DNA from: Phyllosticta citribraziliensis
Lineage: Eukaryota
NCBI RefSeq assembly: GCF_038025025.1
Contig: NW_027117345.1
Span: 930,001-994,000, forward strand
DNA length: 64,000 nucleotides
Direction of reading: 5' to 3'
Part shown: positions 50,955-62,087 of the stretch, piece by piece
Layout of the letters: each line of letters opens with the position of its first letter
How positions within the stretch are numbered: the stretch's first letter is position 1
The notes under the pieces: model-generated
The model's database searches: none
Told to the model about the DNA's origin: nothing
Seen by the model: only the letters and a program-made list of their open reading frames with translations
Translations under genes and position numbers: made by a program

Positions 50955-52234
50955 TCAAGTGGTCTTGATAACCTTGGGCGGAGGAATCTGGAGCTCGGTG
51001 TTGAAAATCCGGTCCCAGAATTTGCTGGTGACGCCGAATCCATTTTCGTAGTCGGCAAAGTGGTGCTCCAAATGATACTTCTTGAGCTCACGGTAATATG
51101 CGGGCAGGCTGTTGCATGTCAATGCCAGCATTTGTGTGCTTTGGAACTTTCTGACTTACTTGCGGTGGTGGAGGAAGTAGTGCGTCAAGTCGTAGCAAAT
51201 GTAGCCGAAAATGCCACCACAGTAGACGGCGGTGGCGGCATACCAGTTGTAGAAGAAGATGGCGTGCGCAAGTTTCCAGAATGGGGTGGCAAGAATCAGA
51301 AAAAGAGTTGGCGGCATGACGAGACGGTACTTGTCCATGGGAAGGTAGTGGTGGATGCCGTGCAAGAGGAAGTGCAAGGTAATACCCACACGGTTATCAG
51401 GGAGGTAGCTTTGTTATGTTAGCCTAGTCTTGGCAATCTGGAGTTGTAGACTTACTCATCCAGGTGGAACAGGAACCGGTGCAGACAATACTCCACCAGT
51501 GTCCAGATGAACAATCCAAGTACCCAGTAGAGACCGAAATGCACTGTAGGAAGGTTCTGAGATGCCAACCAAGAACCGTAGGTAACGGGTGGGAGCCACA
51601 CGGTCGGTACAACCCACCAGGCAGTCTTGCTCAGAGGCTCGAGGAAGTTCCCAAAGAGAGGCGCAGAGTCTCCTCCTTTATAGTGTCTTGGGCGGTGCAC
51701 TTGTTCCAGGTAAAAGTCCTTGGAGAAACCTCCAAACCAGATTTGCGGGAAAAGCGGCCTGCTGAGGTCGAGAAACTTATGCTTCCTGTAGTCGGCATTG
51801 AAGTCGGTTTCCCTTGAGAGGTCCTCTGCCGACGACAGCCCAGTTGCTTCGAAGACGTACTTCTCTCCATTGGCAATGCCCTTGTCGTTCAACTCTTTCA
51901 GCCCTTCGCCTCTCGGTGGCAGTGGCACAATGTCATCTGGGTGCTGGCTCTCGGTGGCCGCGTCCACGACCTTTTGAGTCGCGACGAAGCCGACCAGGTA
52001 GTCGTCCAAGATCTCGTATGCTGAGTCGGAATGCTTGTGCGAAATTTCGTCGTCCAGAATCTCCTTCACGTCCTTGCCAGCGAATTCCAGAACGAGGTCG
52101 CCTCCACCCGGGTGGTCTTCGACGAATTCGGTAATGTCAAAGACTCGCTCGCCGATGGTAACATAGCAGGATTTGGCGTTGTTGTGAGAGGCCACCTCGG
52201 CCTGGGTAATCGTAGGAAGCGTTCGACCAGGCAT
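50955..52234 (-). CDS. SCS7: Sphingolipid fatty acid alpha-hydroxylase with an N-terminal cytochrome b5 domain
   Basis: Three exons (introns 51455-51409, 51159-51109). b5 motif HPGG; His boxes HRFLFH, HGIHH, HYFLHH and HLEHH. Confidence 0.95.
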
Positions 52235-53346
52235 GATGTTTGGATGGTGTTCGGAGGTGCGCGGAGGTGTGCGGAGGCGGTCGCGAAGACCTAGTGATTT
52301 GAGGCGGACGCGATAGGCAGCAGAGCGAAGGAGCGAAATGCGCAAACGGGTGAGCTGGAGGTGCGGAGAAAGGGAAACCACGCGACAAAGTCGATTTGTT
52401 TGCCACCGAGTTGTCTGCTAGTTGAAAGGGCGTTCGGTCTCCTGAAGCTAACAAGGTGGCGACGGCCCGGTCGGAGATGAAAAATGGCGGGAGTTCGGGA
52501 GGCGATCGGAGGCTGAAAAGAGACCCTTGGATGCGGACGGGAGATCGTGGTGTGACAACCACGCTAAACTGAACGTCAGCTATCCTGACCTCTCGCGTCC
52601 ACCTGTTGTACGTACACCCTTGGCTCAACCTTGGGCAGGCTGTCTGGTTTGATTGTTGACGTCGTTTTAGACCTGCAGCGAGGAAGAATTCAACAACACT
52701 GCTTATAATGCAACAGGAAGCCGGCAGTATCCGTTGCTATACCACATGACGCGTTTGCTCACCGCCCAAAATCAATTGATTTCTGTGCCAAGATCACCGC
52801 ATGTTCCGGAGAGCCGCACACCAGTGATTTGATGCCGGACTTGCCGACAGGATGCTCGACGATGCGATGTTCCTCCGGGAACGAAGACTTTTATAATTTC
52901 ACCATCCTGCGCTCCCTGCTACGTATTGCGGTGGCAGTAGAATAAGACATCACACAATTCCACAACTCCTCAATCATTCAGTCTTCATTATTTGCAAGAT
53001 CAAGGCCTGACCGGTTGGTCCAGGCGCAGCTGAACGAAACCTGCGTGATGATCTTGCCCTCAAGGTCTTGTCACAGCAAAAGAAGGGCTTACTTATCATG
53101 TACAGATTACAGCGTACTTACAGGCGGCTTCGGTTCAGGATATCGAGATTTGGCCAGGTCGGTGCCAAAGCCAGTCTGCCACAATCGTTAACCAGAGGCA
53201 GGACTGCTCATGGGAAGAGTTGAGCGTACTTGATGCGGACAATTTCTTCCGCTCTCCGTATTGATATCATCTACTTTCCTCCACCTTCCCAATCCCAAAC
53301 GCCGAATTGTCAGTACCAAGAAAGACGCCGACGTTTTTCATACCTT

Positions 53347-54272
53347 TCACCACCTTCCATATCCACGGCCACCCCTGTATCCTCCACCACGGCCACCATA
53401 ACCTCCTCCGCCTCTGTAGCTTCCCCTGCCGTATCCGCCTCGGTCGCCAAAACCGTCGGGGTCACCCCTAGATCCGCGAGGGTTGTCGTCCACATCATGT
53501 CGCGGCGGCGGCGGCTTTCCCTTGAGCTCCCTCTGCAATTGCTCGTACGTCTTCCTCATTTGCGCATAGCCAAGATGCATCTTCCCGTAAAAGTGATCGG
53601 CCAAGCGTCTGTCGTTGTCAAGCCTGCTGAGGTATGCGCCGCAGACATCGCAGACCTGCAGCTTTTGGTGACCAGACGGACCCGACGTATCTGACAGTGC
53701 CTTGAGTTCGCGCTCCCGGTCTTCCTTGGTCTGTTTTGCCTGTTTGACCTTAAAGTACTCTGTGACTGCTTGGTTTACGCAACCCTCCTCTCCGAGAATT
53801 TGGATCTCGAGCAGACCGTTCTCAATCGTCTTGGACAGGTCGCGAATTTGCGAAAGCAAGAGGTTGGTCTGGCGAATCTCATCTGGCGTCTTTTCCAGCC
53901 TCCGCTGTGCTCCGTCGATCCGCCTTTTGCACTCATCCACGTATTTTTGCATGTCGCGCAGGTAGTCGTACTCGAAGCCCCATCGTCGTTTCTGGTCATC
54001 GTTCGCGGCTTCGTACTCGTTTTTCAGCGCTTCGCTGTGAACCTTGGGACATGGACCGAAGTCTTGTTTCGTGTTTGTAAAGAGATCGTGCGGGCAAGTG
54101 CCAACGAGGTATGAGCGGCAGACTTTGGGGTCTGTGATGGATAGTTGTGGCGCGCGTGTACCGGGTCCAGACATGAGCTGCTCCCCCATGAGCTGCTCTG
54201 GGTCTTGTTAGCTATGGCATCGGCAATTGGCTTGTCAAACGTACCTAGCAGCTTCCTCTGCTCTGCAGCCAT
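53347..54272 (-). CDS. LUC7: U1 snRNP-associated splicing factor Luc7
   Basis: Exons 54272-54245 and 54197-53347. ZnF1 CRSYLVGTCPHDLF..CPKVH, ZnF2 VCDVCGAYLS..DHFYGKMH and an RGG tail. Confidence 0.96.
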
Positions 54273-54495
54273 GGCGAATGGTGTTGAGGGCTAGCGCGCG
54301 GTAGAGATGAGAGTTGGTAGCGGAGTTGTTGAAAAGCGGCGGTGCGATGCGGCGACTTTGAAGACGGCGGCGATCCATGGCCAGGGACCGCCAGCGGGAA
54401 CGCGAGTCGCGCTGCGGCATTGACGTCGCCGCGCTCTCGCATCAACCAATGCGCTCCAACAACGCACAACACCAGCCCCCGGCTGAGAAGCCGCC

Positions 54496-56394
54496 ATGAC
54501 CTTCACATCTGCTCTCCTCCTCGGGTTGTACTTCCTGGTCTTCTCCGCAGCGAGATGCCAGGCTGCCGATTATCACGAGCGACTACTCCTGCGCCCGCTG
54601 CCACAGAACGCCCTCCTAGCGTCCTTCCATTTTCGCAGTAACACGTCGGCGGCTTCATTCGAGGAGCAAAATTTCAGATTTTTCCCTCGGTCACTAGGCC
54701 AGATTCTACAGCATGCGCATACCAAGGAATTGCACCTGCGCTTCAGCTTGGGACGCTGGGACGCCGAGCTTTGGGGAGCTCGGCCATGGAATGGCGCGAG
54801 AGAAGGTGGCACGGGTGTCGAGCTGTGGGCATGGGTCGACGCTGAGACTGAAGAGCAGTAAGTTCAATGAAGAAACTGTCGAAGAGTCTGGCTGACTTTT
54901 TTCTTAGAGCCAATGCCCGATGGTTGACTTTGGCGAATGCCCTCTCTGGCCTGTTTTGCGCTTCTCTCAACTTCATCGATGCCACCAAGACCATTCGTCC
55001 CGTCATGACCTTCCCACCCGAGAGATACTCTCCCAACCAGTCTTCGGACAGCTTACACCTATTGCACGGAACCCTCCCTCATGAGGTCGTCTGCACGGAA
55101 AACTTGACGCCTTTCTTGAAGCTCTTGCCTTGCAAGGGCAAGTCTGGAATATCCAGTCTTCTCGATGGACACAAACTATTTGACGCCTCTTGGCAGACCA
55201 TGTCCATCGATGTCAGACCAGTGTGTCCAGCCGATGGTGGTGAATGTATCCTCGAGATTGAGCAGATTGTGGACATGGTGTTGGATATTGACAGGTCAAA
55301 ACGACCCCGAGACAATCCTATACCACGTCCTGTCCCTGTCGAGGAGATTACCTGCGATGAATCCAAGCCCTACAATTCTCACGATTCCTGCTTTCCACTC
55401 CAAAGGGCTTCCGAACCCCAATGGAGCCTGGAAGAAGTCTTTGGCCATCCGATCAAAGGCGCTTGCCCGTTGACCCAGGATGGCGAAGCTTCCGAGACTG
55501 TGTGCTTGAATGTACAACCAGAGCGTGAGGTGCAAGTCAGAACGGAAGGCAGACACACAGAATCAAAACACGACGAGGGGCTTGTAAGGTGCTTCCAGCT
55601 TCCCGGTAGGTCTCCAAAAATCTGCTGAAGAAACGCTGCTAAACAATCCAGATGGTAATGATTTCGACCTGTTCCTCCCAGAACAGAATGTGGAGGCCGA
55701 CATCCCTTTGGCTCAACCAGCCTTCTATGCCGCACGCTCGATTACTGGCCACGGACAAGAGCGCGGCGGACTCCAGGCCGTGCTTACCAATCCGTCTCCC
55801 GATTCCTCTGTTGAATTGGTATATCTGGAATCGCTACCCTGGTTCATGAAGCCTTACGTGCATACATTACGCGCCTATGTGTCTGACGATGCAGGGCGTC
55901 ATGAATGCAACGACTGCATAAGAGAAATCTACTACCGCCCGGCTGTGGACCGTAGTCGAGGGACGCACTTGGAGCTCCAATTGTCCGTGCCACCTGCATC
56001 TAGCCTAATTCTGACATACGACTTTGAAAAGGCCATCCTTCGTTACACGGAATACCCTCCCGACGCCAACCGCGGCTTTGACGTGGCTCCTGCCGTGATT
56101 CGGCTCTTGAACAGCTCTACGGAAGACTTTTCTTCTCAAAAAGTTTATCTCCGGACAACCAGTCTCCTTCTCCCTCTGCCTACTCCGGATTTCAGCATGC
56201 CGTACAATGTCATCATCCTCACAAGTACCGTCATGGCTCTTGGCTTTGGAAGCATTTTCAACATCTTGGTCAGACGATTTGTAGGGGGGAACGAGGTGGA
56301 GGGATGGAAGAGTGGCGGGCTTAAAGGAATCGTCCTGGCCAAAATCCAAAGGCTGAAGGCGAAATTTCAGGCGAAAGGTTCTAAGGCCGAGTGA
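54496..56394 (+). CDS. GPI16: GPI transamidase subunit (PIG-T)
   Basis: Three exons (introns 54858-54907, 55606-55651). Motifs LSGLFCASLNFID, EVVCTENLTPFLKLLPC, EYPPDANRGFD and LPTPDFSMPYNVII, then a TM and a C-terminal di-lysine-like end. Confidence 0.96.
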
Positions 56395-56985
56395 AGCCAA
56401 CAGTACAGCCACCATTTCACCGCCAATTCAACTTTTCGGGGACCCTAGTCCTAATTCACATGCAGCCAACGTCCTCCGGGCGTTCGGGTGAATTCTCTCA
56501 GAATCGGCATTGCCTATCGACCACACCGTGCTCACTGATATCTTCAAGGGGTCAAACCGCCACAGGTTGCCTGGGTGGTTCGATTGGTGGGTGGCTTAGC
56601 AGTTCCTTGCCAAGATCAACCGTCGCGTACTCCCACCAAACTCTTGGTCGAGCTAAAACACAGACCCTGGCTAAGCGTTTGCTACTAACCTTTCCAAGGA
56701 CAAGTAAAGCCACTACGGAACCTCATGAGCAAGATGAAGGCTACGCCCTTCCAGCCTTCGTCTCAGCCTTGAAGAACCAGGTGCGCCTTCTCGGGCGATG
56801 AGACATGTTGATTGCGGTCGTAGTGTATGGGGCCCATTTTTCACACTTGGTCTCTGGACACATATCTTCCCCATGGCCAGCCCATCTACTCGCTTTGGTC
56901 CTTTGCCAAGAACACGATTGAGGTTGTAGAAGACATCCTCCGACGCCGTCTTCCCTTGACATCTTTGTGGTATTTCTCGCTGGTA

Positions 56986-59429
56986 ATGTTCAGGTTCTTG
57001 TCTCTACTTTTTGTGGGCTCTGTCCTGGCAGGGCCGGCCTCTGTGCCTTCGCAAAGTAGGTTCTCGGGTTGCATTCTAGGATGGTTGCTTACAAAACTCT
57101 AGCAAGTGCATTTTTCGATTTCACCACCGCGTATCCGCCAGCACCCACTGTTTTGTCCAATCCGACCTGCGCTGCGAACTGTACATGGACAGCCGATGCT
57201 GTGCATCAGTACAGCTGGTGGAAAGTTCCGGTGGGTACGGAAACCATAACACGAGGTAATGTCTGAACACCTGTGTTGGATTTTCAGCCAGTGTTAAGTC
57301 AAACAGGGGTTGCGTACGTCATCGTCAACAACCGAACAAACACCACTCGAACATCCACATCATACTACAGCAATCTTCCAAGCCAACACGCACTACCTCA
57401 TACCAATTCTGCCGGCACCCAAATCCAGGAGATCACTGTCTCGCAGCCGGTTGATGGAACTTGGAAAACCTTTGCCACCAATATAACCTACCCAAGCCAA
57501 TATACGCAGTATCCATCTGGGTGAGAAATCCGTTTTCACGAAGCACAGTGAGCGTTGAAAGAAATGGTACTCGTCGGATCAGCTGCAGTTGGTGATAGCT
57601 CCCCAGCTTCATCCTCAGTAGTGAACGAATGCTCTCTAGAGGGAGCCACTGTGCCAAGATGTATCTTTCTTTTGACGCCCATTGTGGTAGCTTCTCTTCA
57701 GTCAGGCTAACATTTCAGGTACAATTGGTGGGGGGTCCTTCCAACCACGACTGCTGATAGTCCCCAATCTGTTTGCTCATGGGCCCCTCCCTACTATTCA
57801 GCGTCCCTCTGGACCTGGCCTGATTCCGCATCGGCTACATCTACTAGACTTGAAACCTTTTATAAACTCACCGGTTATGGTGCTTTTGTCAGCTACACCC
57901 AATATGTGCCTTATGGCGAGGCCACCGCCAATCCAGAGGACCCGCGGGGCTATTCTTATACGTACGTTCAAGGTGGACACTCTGCCAGTGTGCCTCCAGA
58001 TATTACCGACGGTGCCTTTCAACAGTGCACCTTTGGTGGGTCGATAAGATCTCCTGATCAGTCTTTGTTCGATGATGTGGCAGCTCAAGAGACCTATGTC
58101 CGCGCGAGTTACTTGATTGACACTTCGACAATCACAGAAGACACGCCCGCGTCTAACTCGGCCAAGCCATCGACAACATCGGATTTTATCAAAGGTCTCG
58201 CTGGCGCTCTTGCTGCCACAACGACCCAGTCCGCCGCTCCTGCAAAGCAAACCTCTGGACAGGCAGTATCTTCCAACTCGGCACCAGCAGCAGCAGTGAC
58301 CGCAGGTGGTATAAAGATATCCCAGGGTGCATCATCCGACTTGGTAGCAGACGGCCAAACACTCGTACCAGGGTAAGACAAAACGTTCCTAAGAAGACCG
58401 CACCGTACATTGAGCTGATTGTCTCCTAGATCATCTGTCATAGTTGGCTCCGGAAAGTCTACAACGGCCGTGGTTCTAGAGACTTCTGGGGGTGCCACAC
58501 GACTCGCCGTAGGGGGGAGCCAGACCGTGGACGTGCCTCCGCCCACTCTGGCGGTTACCCAAGTTCCAAACGTAGCACCACCCCCGACAACCTTTGCAGG
58601 AGCTACAGTATCTCAGAACGAAAAGTCTGAGGTTGTACTCGACGGTCAAACGCTAACCCCGGGCTCTGCCGTCACCATTGGATCAGGATCATCTGCCACC
58701 GTGGTGGAGATCAAGACGAGCAAGGGCGTAACGCAGCTTGTTGCCGATGGCACGACAGCAGTTCTCCCCGCTGCAAGCGCAACTGCCAAAGGCGTCGTTT
58801 CTCCTGACGCGATCATTACCGTCGGTGGCCAAACATTCTCGGTAAACTCTGCATCTCAGCTGGTGGCCGCCGGCCAAACGCTCTCCAAAGGCGCCTCCAT
58901 CACCCTTGGAACGGGCGCGTCGACGACCGTCGTCGCCCTTCAAACGGGCCTGAACGGCCACACTCAACTGATAGTCGGAGACACGACGACCAACCTCGTC
59001 CGTCCCACATCATCGCTTTTCGCCACGACCGCCGGCGGCGCCACCATCTCCCTCAACTCGCAAGCCGACCTCGTCATCAACGGCAAGACGCTCAAGCCCG
59101 GCTCGACCGTGACCATCGGCACCGGCCTGGCCCACACGACCATCGCGCTGCAGACGAGCAGCGGCATGACGGCGCTCGTCGTCAACGGCCAGACCACGCG
59201 TCTGGGGAACGACACCGCGCCTGCGTCGACTTCCTCCTCTTCTTCTTCCACCGGCCTTGGTGCTGCGATTATCGGTGGACTGGCTGGTCCGGATTCGCCG
59301 ACGACGACGCGCGGCGCGGCGGTCAGCACCCCGAGTCCGAGCCATGCCGCTGCTCCTGCGATCGCATCTTGGTCGACCTCGACGCTGTTGTATTTGATGG
59401 GTACGCTCGGTCTGCTTCGCCTGCTTTGA
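56986..59429 (+). CDS. Secreted, probably GPI-anchored cell-surface protein with four Gly/Thr/Val beta-rich repeats
   Basis: Five exons (introns 57056-57102, 57256-57306, 57521-57718, 58373-58429) join in frame. Signal peptide MFRFLSLLFVGSVLA; repeats of the type LVxxGQTLxPGSxVTIGxG..TTVVxLxT..GxTxLVVxG; hydrophobic C-terminal tail. Confidence 0.8.
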
Positions 59430-60400
59430 GGGGGTGGATGTAATTGCGGTTGCATGTGGTGTTGCGGAGTCGGTTTGCTGTTCTAATCGTGTCTCCTGAT
59501 GTTCTGCCGCGGAGATGGCTGGTTGATATATCCACGGTTGTACTTTACTAGACTGCCTTTTCAGTGCGTGTTTGGTTCTGCGTACAATTGTCTGTTTGTC
59601 GTTGCATAAGCTAGATTCTGTCCGGCACTCAGGGCTTCGGGGCGCAGCTGTATCTTCGTCTTGAAGGGAAGGGACATTTCGAAACATCACTTACCCTTTC
59701 ACATGTTTATGCACCCTGTTGCTACTGTCATGCCTTTCCGAGCCACGTAAGCTACGCGCGGACTCTGGCTTGATACGCTGCAATGGATGAATGCTCCCTG
59801 CGCGTAGCCGCAGTACTTGTCATAGCGGGTAGTATTCCTTTATTCTCATTGCAGGATGAATGTGTTCATTTTCGGTCCGCTGTTGACGCAGTGTTCCGCC
59901 AATGATGTCTGTGAAAAGGTAGGGGCAGCAGAAGTATCAACATCTCTCTGAATGCCCGATGAAGCCAAGACAAAACTATCTCTCATCTTTTGGTCTTAGG
60001 CTCGAGGTGCATCTGTGGATAGAGGATGCCTTTTTGCGTTTATATCTCCATGTGTTTTTCATCTATCGAATGACAGAACTCACGTGCGTTTGTTGAGGAC
60101 AGCATCCCCTTCAAGACTGGACTTATGATCTACAAATTCACTCGAAGGTCGAGTGACATTGTGGGATGTTGATGGCGGCAAGGACCAAAGGTCTTCGATG
60201 CTAGAGCGTCGTTAGCCCCGAGAAACACTCTGCAGGCTCTTACTGTCAATGCAACAGAGGGAAGATTGGCCGCGAAGAAAGGGTGGAAATCAGATCCAGG
60301 CAAAGATCGGGATCGATGGAAAAGCGCACGTGCTTGGTCTCAGTCACTCATCGGAAACAAAGGAAACTCTGCCGCACAAGAAGGAATGAGGAATTTTCTG

Positions 60401-60425
60401 TTTTTTTTTTTTTTTTTTTTTTTTT
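60401..60425. repeat. T25 homopolymer (A25 on the minus strand, 75 nt downstream of the PP2C stop)
   Basis: 25 consecutive T. Confidence 0.95.
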
Positions 60426-60500
60426 GAGTGAGTTATGTACTGCCAGGGGTCACTTCCAAACAGGTGTGAACCCCCAGGTATGCTATTCATGACTGCTTCT

Positions 60501-62087
60501 CTACACGTCGCCAAAGAAGATGACCTGGACGGTGACATCGTCTCTGACATTGCGGCTCAGGGGCGCATACATGGACAAGACGGCGCAGAAGAGATTCCTG
60601 CGCGAGCCGCCAAACGCATTCTTGACCAGATGCGTCGCGGCATTGTCGTCCTCGACGACGAAGTATTCGGGAGTGGCCCGCCACTCTGCGTAACCATCGA
60701 TGACCTCGAATTCTGGCTTGGCCTTGCTGTCGGACGAAGGCGACGTTGTGGACTTGTTGTCCCTGCGCGCCTCGACCTCGACGCTGTTGCCGCCGCCTTT
60801 GGCCAGCTTGCCTGCGCGCTTGGCCTCGATCCAGCGGCCAACGCAGTCGACGGCCTCGTCGTTGCCAAAGTGGTCCCACAAGCCATCGCTCGCCATGATT
60901 ACGAAGTCGCCAGGCTGGCCTTCACGGCCCACCACGACTTCCGTCTCGGTGATTACGGGCTCCGCGGTCAGGTACGGGGGGCTTTTGCTCTTCGGCCGCG
61001 GGCCCTGGCCAAAGAAGCGCTCCTGGACGTCACTCACAACGGAATTCGGCCATTTCCAGCGGTGGTCGCCAAAGGCGCGCGTCACAGCGAGCCCGAGCAG
61101 GCGGCCGGATCTGGAGTCGAGGTAGTCCTCGGTGGGTTCTCCAGGCGGCCGGGCAGCCGCCAGCCGTGCAACCTCGGCCTCGTTGTGGCCGGTCTGGTCG
61201 ACGGAGAGCGGCCGTGCCTCGTAGCGGTTGGTCTGCGGATTCCAGCGGCCCATTACGGCGCGCGAGTCGCCGACGCAGGCTGTGCGGAGCGTCGAGGATC
61301 GGGGGTCGTAGAGGGAGAGCAACGCACAAGAGCCCGCGACGGCAGGCGCCAGCGCCGAGAGCACGGTTGGGTCGCCAGCTGGCACGCTGGACTTGAGAGC
61401 GGCCAGGGCCGTCGTCATGATGGTCGAGTCGAGCGTGGTAAAAGCTGACGTGATGGCCGAGTTGATGTGGCCCGGTTGCACCAAGGCGGGGAGGCTGCTC
61501 AGCGTGAGCGAGACGGTGGGGATCAGGTAATCACGGAGGACGGCAGACGTGGCCCAGCCTCTGCGAGCTTGGTTAGGGACTGGATCCGAAGAGAGGTGCA
61601 TGAATTGAATATCTTACGCGTGACCGTCGTAGACGCCCCAAAAGGCAAACGGCGCGTTGCCCGGGCCAGGGGCAGTGCCGAAGGCGTACTCGTCCTCAAC
61701 GGGGCTGTTGCTGGCCAGACGGACGACATCGAAGCGGCCATTCTTGCCGGGGCTCACCTCGAAACGGAGCGACTTTTGGTCCTTCTTCAACTTGTTCTCG
61801 GCGGCAGGCAGGTCAAGGGCTTCGACGGGCGAGTCAAAGACAGGCGGCGCCGAATCCGGACGCAGGATGGTAGGAATTGAAGCCGAGGGAAGGTTGTCAC
61901 TCTTGCTGTTTGAACGCAACTGAGCATAGCCGTATCCGAGCACAATGCTGGCGCCGCCAATGAGAGCGGCTGGGTGGACGCGTGATTGCAGCGTGCGTAT
62001 TTGGCCGTGACGCTGAGGCGGTGGAGTTGGCCCTCGTGCCCTGACTGCCCTGGAGAGGCTCCTGGCCAAGAGGGTGCCAATTGACAT
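60501..62087 (-). CDS. Mitochondrial PP2C phosphatase (Ptc5 / pyruvate dehydrogenase phosphatase-like)
   Basis: Exons 62087-61618 and 61560-60501. Mitochondrial presequence; motifs LASNSPVED, GVYDGHAGW, ACVGDSRAV, LAVTRAFGD, MASDGLWD, NAATHLVKNA and RDDVTVQV. Confidence 0.92.

Noticed and set aside
53029..53041. Hammerhead ribozyme (CTGA...GAAAC)
   Set aside because: The CUGANGA core and stem II are missing.
60435..61448. 337-aa plus-strand ORF (and similar long antisense ORFs at 21092, 34058, 39275, 43687)
   Set aside because: Antisense shadows of GC3-rich genes.
60401..62087. PP2C as a retrocopy, because of the downstream A25 tract
   Set aside because: The gene retains an intron and no target-site duplication is evident; likely a simple homopolymer.
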